Shown piece by piece: positions 62,814 through 64,000 of a stretch of DNA of 64,000 nt. Position 1 is the stretch's first letter; each line of letters starts with the position of its first letter. The notes below the pieces were generated by a model that was not told where the DNA came from, searched no databases, and worked only from the letters and a program-made list of their open reading frames with translations. The stretch spans positions 1,356 through 65,355 of the forward strand of contig CAVPBI010000031.1 of the NCBI GenBank assembly GCA_963701735.1, read 5' to 3'. Position numbers and translations under genes: made by a program. This DNA comes from an uncultured Ignavibacteria bacterium. GTDB lineage: Bacteria > Bacteroidota > Ignavibacteria > UBA10030 > UBA6906.

Positions 62814-63049
62814 ACCCCCGATTCATGTATCAGAATCGGTTCTATCACGTTTCGACGCGCTACCCTCCCACCGTACTCAGGCGGGCCAAACACGCGGAGA
62901 GTTGGCTAACTCTCACGTCCTCCGTCTATCGTGTCCTCCGTCCATCGGTTCTGTGCGTTGCAATAATCTGTTGCCCTCCCTACCTTGGGACGCGCAAGGC
63001 CGTCCCTGGGCGGCTCTTCACCCTGCATTGACATCTTCCGGGCATCTCC

Positions 63050-64000
63050 ATGACCACCGAGCACCCTGACAGACCGAAGGGCCGTGCGATCATCCTCGCG
63101 GCGGCGCTCGTCGTCGTCCTCGCCGGCCTGAAAGCCGCCGCACCCCTCATCGATCCCCTGCTCCTGTCTGTGTTCATTGCGATCATCGCGGCCCCCGCCG
63201 TGGGCTTTCTGATGAGGCGCAGGGTTCCCGGACACGATCGCAGTGATTCTCGTGATCCTCCTGGTCATCACCGCCCTGGCGGGTGTGGGGATGGTGATTG
63301 GGACCTCGATTGCCGACTTTTCCCAAGACATCCCGCGGTACGAGTACCTGCTCACGACCCAATCGAACTCGCTCATCGACTGGCTCCGGGTCCAGGGCGT
63401 CCGCGTGCCGGAGGGAGGCGTGTCGGCAATGATCGACGCCGGGAAGATCTTTGAGCTTGTCGGCGGACTGCTCTCGTCGATTGCGAGCATGCTCGGCGAC
63501 GGGCTCCTGATTCTCTTCACGGTCCTCTTCATCCTGCTCGAGGCTTCGACGTTCTCTGCAAAGTACGCAGCGATGTTCGGCGACAACATCACCGCGTCCG
63601 AATCCCGGCAGAAGTTCCTGAAGACCGTCAAGAACTACTTCATCATGAAGACCGGCATATCGCTCGCCAGCAGGAGTGGCGGTTGGTGTCTTCCTCTGGA
63701 TCCTCGGCGTCGGTTATCCCATCCTCTGGGGGTTGCTGGCGTTCCTGCTGAACTTCGTGCCGACGATCGGTCCACTCATCGCCCTCCTTCCGCCCGCATT
63801 CCTCGCGCTGGTGGACACCGGTCCTTCGAGGGCGGTCGCGGTCGTCATCGGCATGGCTGATCATCAATACGATATCCGGAAACGTGCTGGAGCCGAGGCT
63901 TCTCGGAAAAGGCCTCGGCCTCTCCCCCCTGGTCGTCTTTCTCTCCCTCGTCATCTGGGGCTGGATCCTCGGACCGGTCGGCATGGTCCTGTCGATTCCG
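63050..64000 (+). CDS. AI-2E family transporter (PerM/UPF0118-like permease), 3' end beyond window; about 3 frameshifts
   Basis: ATG at 63050. Hydrophobic segments continue across frames: ...[15 protein letters not shown] / [19 protein letters not shown]... / [41 protein letters not shown] / [54 protein letters not shown] and EPRL..K..GL.P are AI-2E hallmarks. Frame changes occur at about 63228, 63673 and 63857. Confidence 0.7.

Noticed and set aside
6827-64000. Programmed ribosomal frameshifting or transcriptional slippage as the cause of the many frame changes.
   Set aside because: I could see no shared slippery heptamer or downstream structure. The sites are scattered within domains rather than at domain boundaries, there are up to four per gene, and the families affected are not known to use recoding. 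Technical indels or decay are far more parsimonious.
1-64000. CRISPR arrays, tRNA/rRNA genes, transposases, integrases, phage or toxin-antitoxin/defence genes.
   Set aside because: None was recognised. Non-coding space is minimal: the largest gap is about 620 bp at 57164-57784. The only repeats seen are the short arrays reported above, and no ORF shows DDE/tyrosine-recombinase or defence-system motifs. This was a visual scan only.

Overview
GC-rich bacterial chromosomal segment (GC judged by eye, not computed). A T9SS-type C-terminal sorting domain, two CarboxypepD_reg-type TonB-dependent receptors and AGGAGG-type ribosome-binding sites suggest an FCB-superphylum organism such as Ignavibacteria or Rhodothermia. 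That placement is inference only.

The window is almost entirely a glycan-degradation region. From about 57163 down to 17846 every gene is on the minus strand, tightly packed, with several 4-nt ATGA stop/start overlaps. In transcription order these are:
- ROK regulator, TonB-dependent receptor, T9SS-secreted beta-helix protein, then a terminator
- GH125, Na+/solute symporter, GH130, alpha/beta-hydrolase, CBM9-like lipoprotein, GH20
- two URO-D-family proteins, MFS sugar porter, GH29, SASA-type O-acetylesterase, GH35, sulfatase, GH106-like hydrolase
- a complete fructose-family PTS (EIIC, EIIB, fused HPr-EI-EIIA)
- a further GH29

The left flank carries GH38 (partial), DUF4091, GH3, a second GH38, a DUF5703/GH95-like protein, two more GH29 and a GH31. 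The right flank carries a second, divergently oriented paralogous TonB-dependent receptor, an SGNH-TPR protein and an AI-2E-family permease (3' partial).

The enzyme set matches stepwise breakdown of fucosylated, sulfated, O-acetylated complex N-glycan-like substrates down to the Man-GlcNAc core.

The main caveat is that 18 of about 32 genes are broken by roughly 36 single-base frame changes. I saw no in-frame nonsense codons at the junctions I read, and several breaks sit at short homopolymers. This looks like indel-type sequencing or assembly error rather than biology, but it needs read-level confirmation. Interrupted genes are reported as merged CDS spans with their fragment coordinates.

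No rRNA, tRNA, CRISPR array, transposase or integrase was recognised. I found no clearly novel defence-type or mobile system. The most interesting biology is:
- the PTS embedded in a TonB/T9SS-type glycan operon
- the URO-D-family pair with no obvious partner proteins
- the receptor plus T9SS-protein arrangement with no SusD
- a C-terminal discoidin-like cassette shared by six different enzymes
- a few regulatory-looking repeats
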